The position numbers and the translations under genes were made by a program. DNA of 64,000 nt from Gammaproteobacteria bacterium (GTDB lineage Bacteria; Pseudomonadota; Gammaproteobacteria; UBA4575), in contig CBDEUS010000002.1 in NCBI GenBank assembly GCA_965243395.1, forward strand, positions 768,001-832,000. Direction: 5' to 3'. Of this stretch, positions 1 through 9,529 are shown piece after piece. The notes beneath the pieces are model-generated. The model was not told where the DNA came from. It saw only the letters and a program-made list of their open reading frames with translations, and did no database searches. The first letter of the stretch is position 1; the number at the start of each line of letters is the position of its first letter.

Positions 1-466
1 ATGCAGAACTAAATTTGTGAATTGTTAAAAATTCGCCAAGTGTCAATTTTTCTTGGTCTTTGTCTAGATACTCCAGTGCAAGATCCTTAAAGCGTACAAT
101 ATCGTAAAAAATTTGATAAGGTTTTATCTTTTTCCAATTATCGCGGTTAAATATTAAACTTTGTAAACCACTTCCAGACCATTCAAATCCAGTTTCTTCA
201 CATTTAACTGAGAAGCTCATTTCAGAGTTTTGAGTTTTTACATCTAACTTCTCAATTAGTTTTTCAAAATTAGGATAAGTCCAATCATTAAATACAATGA
301 AGCCTGTATCAACAGCAACTGGTTGATGTTCAGCATACAAGTCAATTGTATTTACATGTCCACCTATATAATTACCTGATTCATATACAGTGATGTCATG
401 TTTTTTGTGTAGTAAGTGTGCAGCGGTTAAGCCAGAAACACCTGTACCGATGATTGCAATCTTCAT
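1..466 (-). CDS. FAD-dependent oxidoreductase (amine oxidase-like), runs off the window edge
   Basis: Not in the ORF track. ATG at 466 reads MKIAIIGTGVSGLTAAHLLHKKHDITVYESGNYIGGHVNT (GxGxxG and GGH motifs). Typical member of the SDR/SnoaL/DUF3833/cfa cluster. Confidence 0.85.
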   Translation of the reverse strand, partial: MKIAIIGTGVSGLTAAHLLHKKHDITVYESGNYIGGHVNTIDLYAEHQPVAVDTGFIVFNDWTYPNFEKLIEKLDVKTQNSEMSFSVKCEETGFEWSGSGLQSLIFNRDNWKKIKPYQIFYDIVRFKDLALEYLDKDQEKLTLGEFLTIHKFSSA

Positions 467-471
467 ATGAA

Positions 472-1263
472 TTAATTTCTATTTTTTACAATAGTTTTAG
501 TAAGTAACCAGCTAAGAATTGGATTAGGTAAAGAGCCAATAAATTTCAGTGTTAAGCTAAAACGTTTTGGGAAATGAATCTCTTGTTTGTTGGAGGCTAT
601 TCCAGACAAAATATATTCTGCAGAGCGCGCTGCTGATATCAGTGCGGGCATATCAAAGTCATTTTTATCGGTAAGCTCAGTTTCAACGAACCCCGGGCAA
701 ATCACTGATGCTTGAATATTATGTGGCTGTAAGCTAATGCGTAATGCTGCAAACATATTTCGTATTGCTGCTTTGGTGGCGCCATATGCTTCTGATCTTG
801 GTAATCCGAGATACGCGGCGGTACTACTCATTCCGACTAGTTGAGCAGAATCTGATTTTTTTAATAGTGGTAATGTAGCTTCTATCCCATAAACCATGCT
901 CATGAAGTTTGTATTCATTTGTCTGGCAAATAACTCACTATCGAAATTATCAATATCCACATATTCACAATTTCCTGCATTAAGTATTGCTATATCTAAT
1001 CCATTAGCCTTTTTATTTATTGTTTCAATAATCTCTTGATTAGTTTCTTTTGAAGCCAGATCACCTGCAACAATTTCAATGTTGTTATTTTTATTACACT
1101 GTTCAATAGTTTTTTGTAGCTTTTCTGGCGAACGAGAAGTGATAAATAAATGACAATTAATATTGGATAAGGCGATGACAACTGCGCGCCCAATACCAGA
1201 GGATGCACCTGTTACCCAGATTACTTTATTTTCAAAATGTTTAAGCACAGTATTAGATAGCAT
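472..1263 (-). CDS. Short-chain dehydrogenase/reductase
   Basis: TGASSGIG, NAG and YGATK motifs. Confidence 0.92.
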   Translation of the reverse strand: MLSNTVLKHFENKVIWVTGASSGIGRAVVIALSNINCHLFITSRSPEKLQKTIEQCNKNNNIEIVAGDLASKETNQEIIETINKKANGLDIAILNAGNCEYVDIDNFDSELFARQMNTNFMSMVYGIEATLPLLKKSDSAQLVGMSSTAAYLGLPRSEAYGATKAAIRNMFAALRISLQPHNIQASVICPGFVETELTDKNDFDMPALISAARSAEYILSGIASNKQEIHFPKRFSLTLKFIGSLPNPILSWLLTKTIVKNRN

Positions 1264-1678
1264 GACGTACCTTTTTTATTACTGAACCTAATACGGGTAT
1301 GTGCTCATAAACTAATGCGCCAAGATCATAATAATCACGATGACTGCATACTTTATTGTCTTTAAATTCAATGAATGAGGCACCATCTAGCTCAATTAGT
1401 TTATTACTAGCAATTTTTTTATGCTGAAAACGCATCAACCACTCAATTGAATGTTCATGACAGTTAGGTGTATGGCTTTTTAAAGTAAAATTACAAGATG
1501 TAAGGCTTGTGTATAGATCTTCAAAATATTTTGTTAAATTATCTAAACCTGAGATTGACTTGACTGGATCTATAAAAATTATATCTTCAGTATAAATCTC
1601 AGATAAAACATGCTGAGCATTCGAGTGTTTTATCGAGTTGATATCAGAAACGAATTTATTTATTTGAGAGGCGCTCAT
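1253..1678 (-). CDS. SnoaL/NTF2-like protein
   Basis: IFIDP and HRDYYD...YEHIPVLG motifs; overlaps both neighbours. Confidence 0.85.
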   Translation of the reverse strand: MSASQINKFVSDINSIKHSNAQHVLSEIYTEDIIFIDPVKSISGLDNLTKYFEDLYTSLTSCNFTLKSHTPNCHEHSIEWLMRFQHKKIASNKLIELDGASFIEFKDNKVCSHRDYYDLGALVYEHIPVLGSVIKKVRHAI

Positions 1679-2238
1679 GAATTTCCTTCCTCTTTGAGGA
1701 TGAATACAATCACTTCACCAACATTTATGCCAAATTTTTTGATAGCTGCTTGACTGATCACTGCTTTTTCGTCTACCTGGTATAGCCAGTCTTGTAAATG
1801 CACTTGAATTTGTTTTCCATCAGACTCAAACAACAAATCATAATTCCAATTGAAAGCGAAACCTGCTTGAGTGCCTGTAGCTGTGCCTACGACATCACTA
1901 GCAGTGCCTGTATTAATATCGTTTTTTAGTTTGTTTAAATACCAAGTTCGTTCTTGTGTACTGCCATCTGCATAAGTAAATAACTCATAGAGCACGCCTT
2001 TATCACCGTTCCATGTGCCATTCATATCTACTACAAAACGTTTAGTGACCTTTCCTTGATAATTTTTAATTAGGCCCCAACCTTTAAGGTCTCCAGTAAA
2101 AAATGTTTTTAAATCAAATTCTGGAGCAGTGTTTTTATAGTCAACAGGTGTCGTTCCACAACCAAGAAGTAATACTATTAATAACGTATATATGAAAAGC
2201 CTAGTCAGCTCTGGCTTGGCAGTTTTAGATCTATTCAC
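1675..2238 (-). CDS. DUF3833 family lipoprotein
   Basis: Lipobox LLGC; FF.G.L.GWG, RF.V, RTW, DW.Y and KFG motifs. Confidence 0.85.
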   Translation of the reverse strand: MNRSKTAKPELTRLFIYTLLIVLLLGCGTTPVDYKNTAPEFDLKTFFTGDLKGWGLIKNYQGKVTKRFVVDMNGTWNGDKGVLYELFTYADGSTQERTWYLNKLKNDINTGTASDVVGTATGTQAGFAFNWNYDLLFESDGKQIQVHLQDWLYQVDEKAVISQAAIKKFGINVGEVIVFILKEEGNS

Positions 2239-2851
2239 CTAATAGCTCCTTGCGATTTTTTTTAAAGCGTGAATTTTTATCTAACCAGATTGCTAAAAAA
2301 GCAGAGCCAAATTTTGGGTCATCAATAGTTCCTAAACTTTGGGTTTTGTTATAAAAAGTACTTTTTCCATCTGGTGTCGTCACGAAGATAAGCTGGTCGC
2401 CTTTATTCACATCAGGCCAGATGTTTGCAAGCATCACTAACCATGCATCCAAGGGGTATTGTTCCGCAAACCCTAATCTTATCCATTCTTTTTTTGTACT
2501 AGACAACAATTTTTGAGCACGGATTTTTCGTGCGTAGGTAATACTAAGAGCACTTGAATTGTTATTTAACAATTCATTTGCTTCTTTTTTGGAAGATGAA
2601 TAGTCATGTATCCAAAATGTAGAGTCATATATATGAAAACCGAAGCGACTTAATCTGGTTTGGCCCACTAGTTCAAAATTTTGCCACTTTTGTAATACAT
2701 TATTAGGTAAAGGGCTAAGAATATTCTCGTTCGTTGCCCAACTGGAGGGTATGAAAAACATCCACACTATAAGTATTGAATATTGAATTAATTTTCGGCG
2801 CATAACTATATAAGTCGTATAAACATGTGAAGAGTATGCAACTACCCACAT
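2231..2851 (-). CDS. Chalcone isomerase-like exported protein (likely start ATG 2803)
   Basis: FGFHIYD, WPDV..GDQL and FLAIWL motifs; signal peptide from MRRKL. Confidence 0.8.
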   Translation of the reverse strand: MWVVAYSSHVYTTYIVMRRKLIQYSILIVWMFFIPSSWATNENILSPLPNNVLQKWQNFELVGQTRLSRFGFHIYDSTFWIHDYSSSKKEANELLNNNSSALSITYARKIRAQKLLSSTKKEWIRLGFAEQYPLDAWLVMLANIWPDVNKGDQLIFVTTPDGKSTFYNKTQSLGTIDDPKFGSAFLAIWLDKNSRFKKNRKELLGE

Positions 2852-2860
2852 AAATTAGAC

Positions 2861-2888
2861 CTTAAGAAAATATTAAATATTTGTAATC
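2861..2888. promoter_or_regulatory. Putative OmpR-family (PmrA/QseB-like) binding site
   Basis: CTTAAG-N5-ATTAAA-N4-TGTAAT half-sites with about 11-bp periodicity, between the divergent lipid cluster and the response regulator. Confidence 0.35.
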
Positions 2889-2935
2889 TATGAGTGATTG
2901 GCAAATGTTATCTAGCCAGTATCATGGGCTTCATT

Positions 2936-3613
2936 ATGAGAATCCTTTGTATAGAAGACGACCAAGAGCTACTTGACTATGTAAGTAAGGGCCTGAAAGA
3001 AGTTGGCCATATTGTAGATACCGCTACCGATGGCAACGACGGTGTTTTGCTAAGTAGCACCGAACATTATGACGTAATCCTGGTTGACCGAATGCTTCCA
3101 AACGTAGATGGCCTTACCATTATTAAAATGTTACGTGGCGCAGGAAATCAAACTCCGATTTTAATTTTTAGTGCCTTAGGTGAAGTAGATGATCGTGTTA
3201 AAGGATTAAGGGCGGGCGGTGATGACTATCTGGTAAAGCCTTTTGCATTTTCAGAGTTACTCGCAAGAATTGAGGCGCTAAACCGACGAAACAAAAAATC
3301 AGAAGATACTGAAACCAGCCTAAAAGCACATGATATTGAGCTGGATCTACTCACTCGAAAAGTAAAACGCGGTAGTGAAGAGATTACTTTGCAGGCAACA
3401 GAGTTTCGTTTACTTGAATACTTACTTAGGCATAAAGGACAGGTCGTTACTCGTACCATGCTACTCGAATATGTTTGGGACTATCATTTTGATCCTCAGA
3501 CAAACGTAATTGATGTGCACATTAGTCGTTTACGCCAAAAAATTGGCAAAGAGACTGGAAATCAAATAATCAAAACCATGCGCGGTGCAGGCTACATTAT
3601 TGACGATGATTAA
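2936..3613 (+). CDS. OmpR/CusR-family response regulator
   Basis: MRILCIEDD, D..LP, DDYLVKPF and winged-helix NVIDVHISRLR; likely start ATG 2936. Confidence 0.95.
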   Translation: MRILCIEDDQELLDYVSKGLKEVGHIVDTATDGNDGVLLSSTEHYDVILVDRMLPNVDGLTIIKMLRGAGNQTPILIFSALGEVDDRVKGLRAGGDDYLVKPFAFSELLARIEALNRRNKKSEDTETSLKAHDIELDLLTRKVKRGSEEITLQATEFRLLEYLLRHKGQVVTRTMLLEYVWDYHFDPQTNVIDVHISRLRQKIGKETGNQIIKTMRGAGYIIDDD

Positions 3614-4643
3614 TGAAAATAAATCACGTGATTATAGAAAAAGCTCAAGCTTCAAGGTTGCTACACTATTTGCGATCTTATTAGCTATTGCGATCTCGGC
3701 GTTAAGTATTTCTATTTATCTATTTGTTCAACAGTCTGATCATCAATCAGTTGGCAATCTTGTGGTTATTCTCAGTGCTATTAGTATTCTCTCTTTGCTA
3801 ACAATGGGAGTAATTGGCTATTTAATTAGTGTGTTTGTTGTAACAAGAATTAACCGTATTGCCGATACTGCACAAGAAATCATATCGACTGGAGATTTAA
3901 CTAAACGCATTGAAATAGATTCACGCTGGGATGATTTGAGCTTCCTGGGTGATGTTTTAAATGAAATGCTACAAAAAATTGAAATTTTAATGGAAGGTGT
4001 TCAGCATATTACGGACACTGTGGCACATGATTTACGTACTCCCCTTGCCAGATTGCGAAATAAATTAGAGCATGCCTCCTTACAGGCAGACTTAATACAA
4101 AGTGATGAAGCAAAAACAGAACTTGTTAAAGATGTTGATAATTTACTAAAAACATTTAACTCATTGTTAAGTTTATCCAGCCTGGAATCTGGTCGCCAAG
4201 GTCTTAAATTTGAATCATTTGATCTAGATAGAGTTGTTCAAGATGCAGTTGATCTTTATCTACCTCTAGCAGAAGAAAAAAATCAAAAAATGATCGTCAA
4301 TACAAAAGCTATGCAATATGTAGGTAATCGGGATTTGATCTTCCAGGTCATTACAAACTTAATAGATAATGCGATTAAGTTTACTCAAACAGAAGGTACG
4401 ATAGGGATCAGTCTAGAAAGCAATATGGATGTGAAAAAAATTGTGATCGAGGACAATGGGCCTGGTATTCCTAAAGATTCCGTAAATAAAGTATTTGATC
4501 GCTTTTTTCGTGATCAAATGCAGCAACATATTGAAGGTTCTGGATTAGGACTTAGCTTGGTAAATGCAGTTTTACATCTTCATAAAGCATCAATTCACCT
4601 AGAAGAAAACCATCCAGGTTTAAAAGTAGTAATTGTTTTATAA
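3585..4643 (+). CDS. Sensor histidine kinase (2 TM, HAMP, HisKA, HATPase_c); likely start 3606
   Basis: AHDLRTPL H-box, NLIDNAIKF, DNGPGI and GSGLGL; very short loop between the TM helices. Confidence 0.93.
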   Translation: MQATLLTMINENKSRDYRKSSSFKVATLFAILLAIAISALSISIYLFVQQSDHQSVGNLVVILSAISILSLLTMGVIGYLISVFVVTRINRIADTAQEIISTGDLTKRIEIDSRWDDLSFLGDVLNEMLQKIEILMEGVQHITDTVAHDLRTPLARLRNKLEHASLQADLIQSDEAKTELVKDVDNLLKTFNSLLSLSSLESGRQGLKFESFDLDRVVQDAVDLYLPLAEEKNQKMIVNTKAMQYVGNRDLIFQVITNLIDNAIKFTQTEGTIGISLESNMDVKKIVIEDNGPGIPKDSVNKVFDRFFRDQMQQHIEGSGLGLSLVNAVLHLHKASIHLEENHPGLKVVIVL

Positions 4644-4718
4644 AGTGTGTGCTAGAAAGTTGAAACAAAAATAGCGCAACACCTTGCTTTGTTGGCGAGT
4701 ATTTGTAACTAAAAATTA

Positions 4719-6029
4719 TTAGCTGTTTTCTTTCCCCGCGATCGGGATAATTTTTTTGGCTTCTTGAAATAATTCTTCAAGCTCACGGATGCGTGTTTCT
4801 TGAGAATTTAGCTCATTACGTAAAGGCGATACTTGTTGTTTAGCTTGGGCAAGTACATTTTCAAGAGAGGTAATTTTGCTATCACGAAGTCTTATGGAAG
4901 TCTCTAATGCCTCTATACGCTTGTGACGCATTGAAACTTCATCACTTAATATAGAAATTTTTTCATCACGCGACTGAATATTTTTTTCAAGTTCAGGTAT
5001 TTGTTGATTTGCAGTTTCAACTTTAGATTGCAGAGTGCTCATAATTGTACGTGCTTCAGTTGTCTCAATTTCAAGTAAGCGAATTCGTTCACGTTCAGTT
5101 TCTAAAGTCTTATTTAAAGTAGCATTATCTTCAGTTTGTTTAGTAAGATTTTCCTTAAGTATGTTTACTTTATTTATCTGAGATTTCTGAGACTCAAGCT
5201 TTCTGACAAACCCTTCAATAGTTTGCTTGTCATTATCAATCTGTTTTTTCAACTCGGCTTCTTTGTGAGCACGTTGTTCAATTTCGCCTTGAAGTTGATA
5301 GTTCTTATTGTCCATATCATCTAATTCTTCTTGTAAGGCATTTATTTGATTACCACGAGCAGCAAAGTCTTTTTGCATATTGCTGAAAGATGAAATTTGG
5401 CTATCAAGCTCCTCGATGCGAGTAGTTAAATGGATTCGCTGATCTTCAAGTTCTTTACTCAAAATTTGGTTATCAGAATCTGATTGTTTAAGCTGCTCCC
5501 TTAATTCTTGAATATCGAGCACCTTCGAGCGCAGAGATTCAAGCTTTTCATTCAACCTCCTGACTTCGGTATTACTGGTCTTTAATTTATTAGATAAGAC
5601 TCGATTGTCTTCATCAGCTTGGTCTAATTGATTTTTCAGTGGTTGTAAATCAACAATAATCTCTTTTAATGAACGTATTTCTTCATTAAGAGTAAGAACT
5701 TCTTGATCTCGTTCTTGAAGATTTATACTAAGCAAATTGTTTTTTTCAGTTGCCTTGCCGAGCAATACTTTTAATTCATTCAGTTCATTTGGAATTATTT
5801 TAAATTCTTCTATTACTTTGGCTTGCTCATTTGAGTATTCAACGGCAATTTTTAATTTTTCTGCAAGTTCATCTCGAATTTGAGTGGCCGCCTCATAGGC
5901 AGAGCGTAAAGACTCCAGCTCATTGCCTCTACTTTCATTGGCACTAAGAATTGGTATTTCTAGATCCATTTCTAAATCAAAAGTGTCTTTGGCCTGTTTA
6001 TCTTTTGATGGGGTCTCGAAAGTAGCCAT
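4719..6029 (-). CDS. Long coiled-coil protein of unknown function
   Basis: 436 aa of E/K/Q/L-rich heptads; no ATPase motif or TM segment; RBS AAGGGAAG. Confidence 0.8.
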   Translation of the reverse strand: MATFETPSKDKQAKDTFDLEMDLEIPILSANESRGNELESLRSAYEAATQIRDELAEKLKIAVEYSNEQAKVIEEFKIIPNELNELKVLLGKATEKNNLLSINLQERDQEVLTLNEEIRSLKEIIVDLQPLKNQLDQADEDNRVLSNKLKTSNTEVRRLNEKLESLRSKVLDIQELREQLKQSDSDNQILSKELEDQRIHLTTRIEELDSQISSFSNMQKDFAARGNQINALQEELDDMDNKNYQLQGEIEQRAHKEAELKKQIDNDKQTIEGFVRKLESQKSQINKVNILKENLTKQTEDNATLNKTLETERERIRLLEIETTEARTIMSTLQSKVETANQQIPELEKNIQSRDEKISILSDEVSMRHKRIEALETSIRLRDSKITSLENVLAQAKQQVSPLRNELNSQETRIRELEELFQEAKKIIPIAGKENS

Positions 6030-6280
6030 GAAATTGTTCTTCCCTTAAACATTCACAAAAAAGAAACGAAAAACGTACAGTCTTCCAGTTAAGTATATGA
6101 ATTGTAATACATCTAGTATCAATTTTTAATCAATCACAATGAATGTTATTGAGAAAATGAGTGGTCAAAATCCAAGCAAAATTCCGCTAGTCAATTTATG
6201 GTATTCCCTCCTCAGGAAAACATTAGATTTCAATAAAGTAATTAAATGAGTATTTTGAATACCCATTTTAAATGCATATA

Positions 6281-6293
6281 AATCAAGCACTTA
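6281..6293 (+). promoter_or_regulatory. IHF binding site
   Basis: AATCAAGCACTTA matches WATCAANNNNTTR exactly, in an intergenic region. Confidence 0.45.
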
Positions 6294-6399
6294 CTATTTT
6301 ATTCAATTTAATCGACTGGAAAAATTAAACACTGTCAACGTTATGGCCATTCTCCACGTTGTAAATGGTATCGATAATCAAAATTGATGGAGGAGGAAA

Positions 6400-6684
6400 A
6401 TGAAATTGAAAAAGCAACTTTTATTGTTTGTTGCAGGAATGCTTATATTTGCAGTTTCTGCTACACATGCACAAGCATCTGTATATGGAAATGTCGGATA
6501 TAAAGATTACCCATGGAGAATCTTAATTGGATATAACAATCACTATCATGGGAATCATCATCATAAGTATTATCACAAACATAAAAAATATCATCATAAA
6601 AAACACTACCACCATAAAAATCATGGTTACAGCCATCACTATAGACATGACCATAGCCATTACCGTCGTAGTTGCCGGTACTAA
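6400..6684 (+). CDS. Exported His/Lys/Tyr-rich small protein
   Basis: Strong RBS GGAGGAGG, signal peptide ending AQA, 18 His in the last 49 aa, own terminator. Confidence 0.85.
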   Translation: MKLKKQLLLFVAGMLIFAVSATHAQASVYGNVGYKDYPWRILIGYNNHYHGNHHHKYYHKHKKYHHKKHYHHKNHGYSHHYRHDHSHYRRSCRY

Positions 6685-6726
6685 TCAGGTATCAACAACA
6701 ACATTCACGTAAATAAAGTGATTTTG

Positions 6727-6753
6727 AAAGCCTCGCAATGCGAGGCTTTTTTT
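6727..6753 (+). terminator. Rho-independent terminator
   Basis: AAAGCCTCGC-AAT-GCGAGGCTTT followed by T-tract. Confidence 0.9.
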
Positions 6754-6800
6754 ATGAAGGTCACATAATAAATTAAATTAAAACTCTGTAAGATCAGCAC

Positions 6801-8177
6801 ATGCTGGATACCTTAAAGAATCGCTGGTCGGATGAAAGTGGTTATCGTGAAGTTTTAACTATTGCAATTCCGCTTATCCTTAGTACGGGCGCTTGGAGTG
6901 TTCTATTATTTTTTGATCGAATGTTTCTGTCATGGTATTCAGAAGATTCAATTGCTGCTGCAATGCCAGCCGGTATGACAAGTTTTGCCATGTTAAGTTT
7001 ATTTATTGGTACAGCCGCATATGTAAATACGTTTGTTGCGCAGTACTTTGGTGCTGATGAAGAAAACAGAATTGGTGCAATTGTTTGGCAAGGAATTTAT
7101 TTTAGTTTGCTATCTTTTATTGTGATTATTCCGGCCTATTTTTTAGCAGAAAAATTTTTCGCTTTAGTTGGGCATACTGCAGAAGTACAAGCTCAAGAGA
7201 CTATCTATTTTAAAATACTAATGTATTCCGCCATGTTCATGGTTCTTAATAATGCCTTGTCTAGTTTTTTTTCTGGTTTAGGAAAAACGATGATTGTAAT
7301 GTGGGTCAGTTTCCTTATAGCAATTATAAATATTGTCTTAGATTACATTTTCATTTTTGGAAAGCTTGGTTTTTCTGTCATGGGTATTCGAGGTGCGGCG
7401 ATAGCAAGCAACATTGCTGTTATTGCAGGAACAGCAGTGTATTTATTACTGATTTTTCAAAATAAATATCGCATGCGTTTTGAGCTTGTTTCTTCTTGGA
7501 GACTGAATATTCCGTTGTTTAATAGATTAGTATATTTCGGTTTTCCAAATGGGTTGAGGTTATTTATTGATATGACTGCATTCACAGCATTTCTAATGTT
7601 TGTTGGAACAATAGGTACGCGTGAACAAGTTGCTACGAATATTGCATTTAATATTGAAGCGCTAGCGTTCTTACCTATGGTCGGCATGATGATTGGAACA
7701 GCGGTTCTGGTCGGTCAAAGGTTGGGGGAAAATAAACCTAAACTCGCTGAAAAAGCCGTATGGTCTGCAATCCATATCACATTCGCATTTTTTAGTATTC
7801 TTGCAGTGCTGTATATCACGATTCCAGGAATGTTTATCTATCCTTTTACATTGAATGGAGGGCTTGAAAATATTGAAAACAGTATTGATCTAATCGTAGT
7901 GCTATTGCGGTTTGTTGCGGTTTTCTGCCTATTTGATGCAATTTTCTTAGTATTTATCGGTGCATTGGAAGGGGCAGGAGATACTCGTTTTATTATGAAA
8001 ATGAGCTTTATAATTTCAATATTACTGTTTGTAGTGCCATGCTACATCTATATAAAGTTTTTTGAAGCAAAGGTATTGGTACTTTGGTGGATAATTACAA
8101 TTAATGTGATTATTTATTGCAGCGTATTTTTCTGGAGATTCAAAACAGGCCCATGGAGAAATATGAGAGTAATTTAA
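6801..8177 (+). CDS. MATE family efflux transporter
   Basis: About 12 TM; DRMFL, AQYFGA, GQRLG and GAGDT motifs. Confidence 0.92.
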   Translation: MLDTLKNRWSDESGYREVLTIAIPLILSTGAWSVLLFFDRMFLSWYSEDSIAAAMPAGMTSFAMLSLFIGTAAYVNTFVAQYFGADEENRIGAIVWQGIYFSLLSFIVIIPAYFLAEKFFALVGHTAEVQAQETIYFKILMYSAMFMVLNNALSSFFSGLGKTMIVMWVSFLIAIINIVLDYIFIFGKLGFSVMGIRGAAIASNIAVIAGTAVYLLLIFQNKYRMRFELVSSWRLNIPLFNRLVYFGFPNGLRLFIDMTAFTAFLMFVGTIGTREQVATNIAFNIEALAFLPMVGMMIGTAVLVGQRLGENKPKLAEKAVWSAIHITFAFFSILAVLYITIPGMFIYPFTLNGGLENIENSIDLIVVLLRFVAVFCLFDAIFLVFIGALEGAGDTRFIMKMSFIISILLFVVPCYIYIKFFEAKVLVLWWIITINVIIYCSVFFWRFKTGPWRNMRVI

Positions 8178-8243
8178 TAATTTTTTAAAATAAATAATAA
8201 ATGAACAATAAATACGTTTATTGATATCAGTAGGAGTCATATA

Positions 8244-9431
8244 ATGAAAAAAGTAGAAGTCTATTCAAAAGAGTGGTGTCCCTATTGCGCCAAAGCAAAA
8301 TCTTTACTTAAATCAAAAGAAATTAATTACCAGGAAATTGATGTCACCAATGATGCTGAACGTGAAGAAGAAATGATTCAACGTTCGCAACGTCGAACTG
8401 TTCCACAAATTTTCATAGATGATGAATCAGTTGGTGGCTACGATGATCTTGCGCAGTTAAATGCAACAGGGTTACTCGATCAAAAACTTGGTCTCGCATC
8501 ACAACAAGCATTGCACGAAATTTATGATGTTGCTGTATTAGGTGCAGGGCCAGCAGGCATGACTGCTGCAATTTATTCAGCGCGTAAAAATTTAAAAACT
8601 ATAATCATTGCTTATGATAGTGGTGGTCAGGTTGGAACTACCTATGAAATCGGAAATTATCCAGGCTTTCAAATGATCACTGGGCCAGATTTAGTCGATA
8701 TGTTTGCGGCACATGTAAAAGAATATGAGATTGAAACCATGTTGGGCGAAAAAATTAGCAAGATCGATATAGAAAATAAATGTAAACAAATTTATACAGA
8801 GTCTGGACAAAAAATTTGTGCAAAAGTAGTTATTGTGGCAACAGGCGCATTTAAAAGAAAACTCAATATACCGGGTGAAAAGGAACTTTCAGGTAAAGGA
8901 GTCGTGTATTGCTCAACATGTGATGGGCCGTTATTTAAAGATTTAAATATAGCAGTGATTGGTGGAGGCAACTCGGCCTTAGAGGCTGCGATAGAAATGA
9001 ATGGTATTGCTAAGAGTGTGCAATTGGTTTCAACTTCAGATTGGTCTGGAGATGAAATTTTGCAAGATAAAGTTCGAAGTGCAAAAAATATAACAGCACA
9101 TAAATATCATCAGCCTCTAAAAATACAAGGTGAAGAAAGTGTTACCGGTCTAGTGATAAAAAATAAACAAACAGGAGAAGAAAATACGCTAGACCTGGAT
9201 GGAGTATTCATTGAAATTGGTTTATATCCAAATTCTGATTTCATTCTAGATTTAGTCGAAACGACAGAACGTGGTCAAATAAAAGTCGATCAAAATGGCG
9301 ATACGGGGGTAAGGGGTATTTTTGCAGCCGGAGATGTTACAGATAATAGAGAAAATCAAATAATCGTAGCGGCTGGTGAGGGCGCGAAAGCGGCCTTAAG
9401 CGCCTTTAACTACTTGGTTACACAGGTTTAA
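8244..9431 (+). CDS. Glutaredoxin-thioredoxin reductase fusion
   Basis: N-terminal Grx3 domain (CPYC, TVPQIFI, GGYDDL) fused to a TrxB/AhpF-type domain (GAGPAG, CSTCDG, GGGNSA, AAGD). Confidence 0.9.
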   Translation: MKKVEVYSKEWCPYCAKAKSLLKSKEINYQEIDVTNDAEREEEMIQRSQRRTVPQIFIDDESVGGYDDLAQLNATGLLDQKLGLASQQALHEIYDVAVLGAGPAGMTAAIYSARKNLKTIIIAYDSGGQVGTTYEIGNYPGFQMITGPDLVDMFAAHVKEYEIETMLGEKISKIDIENKCKQIYTESGQKICAKVVIVATGAFKRKLNIPGEKELSGKGVVYCSTCDGPLFKDLNIAVIGGGNSALEAAIEMNGIAKSVQLVSTSDWSGDEILQDKVRSAKNITAHKYHQPLKIQGEESVTGLVIKNKQTGEENTLDLDGVFIEIGLYPNSDFILDLVETTERGQIKVDQNGDTGVRGIFAAGDVTDNRENQIIVAAGEGAKAALSAFNYLVTQV

Positions 9432-9529
9432 TGGAATAAATATGTTTTTAAAATTGACATGAAATAGATCATTCTTTAACTTGGTCTAATCTGATAAGAA
9501 TAACAAAAGAGTCAGAATATGCGCATATT

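Noticed and set aside
1-2851. Chalcone isomerase-like/DUF3833/SnoaL/SDR/FAD cluster as a new pathway
   Set aside because: A widespread cluster usually found with DUF1365 and cfa; poorly characterised but not specific to this window.
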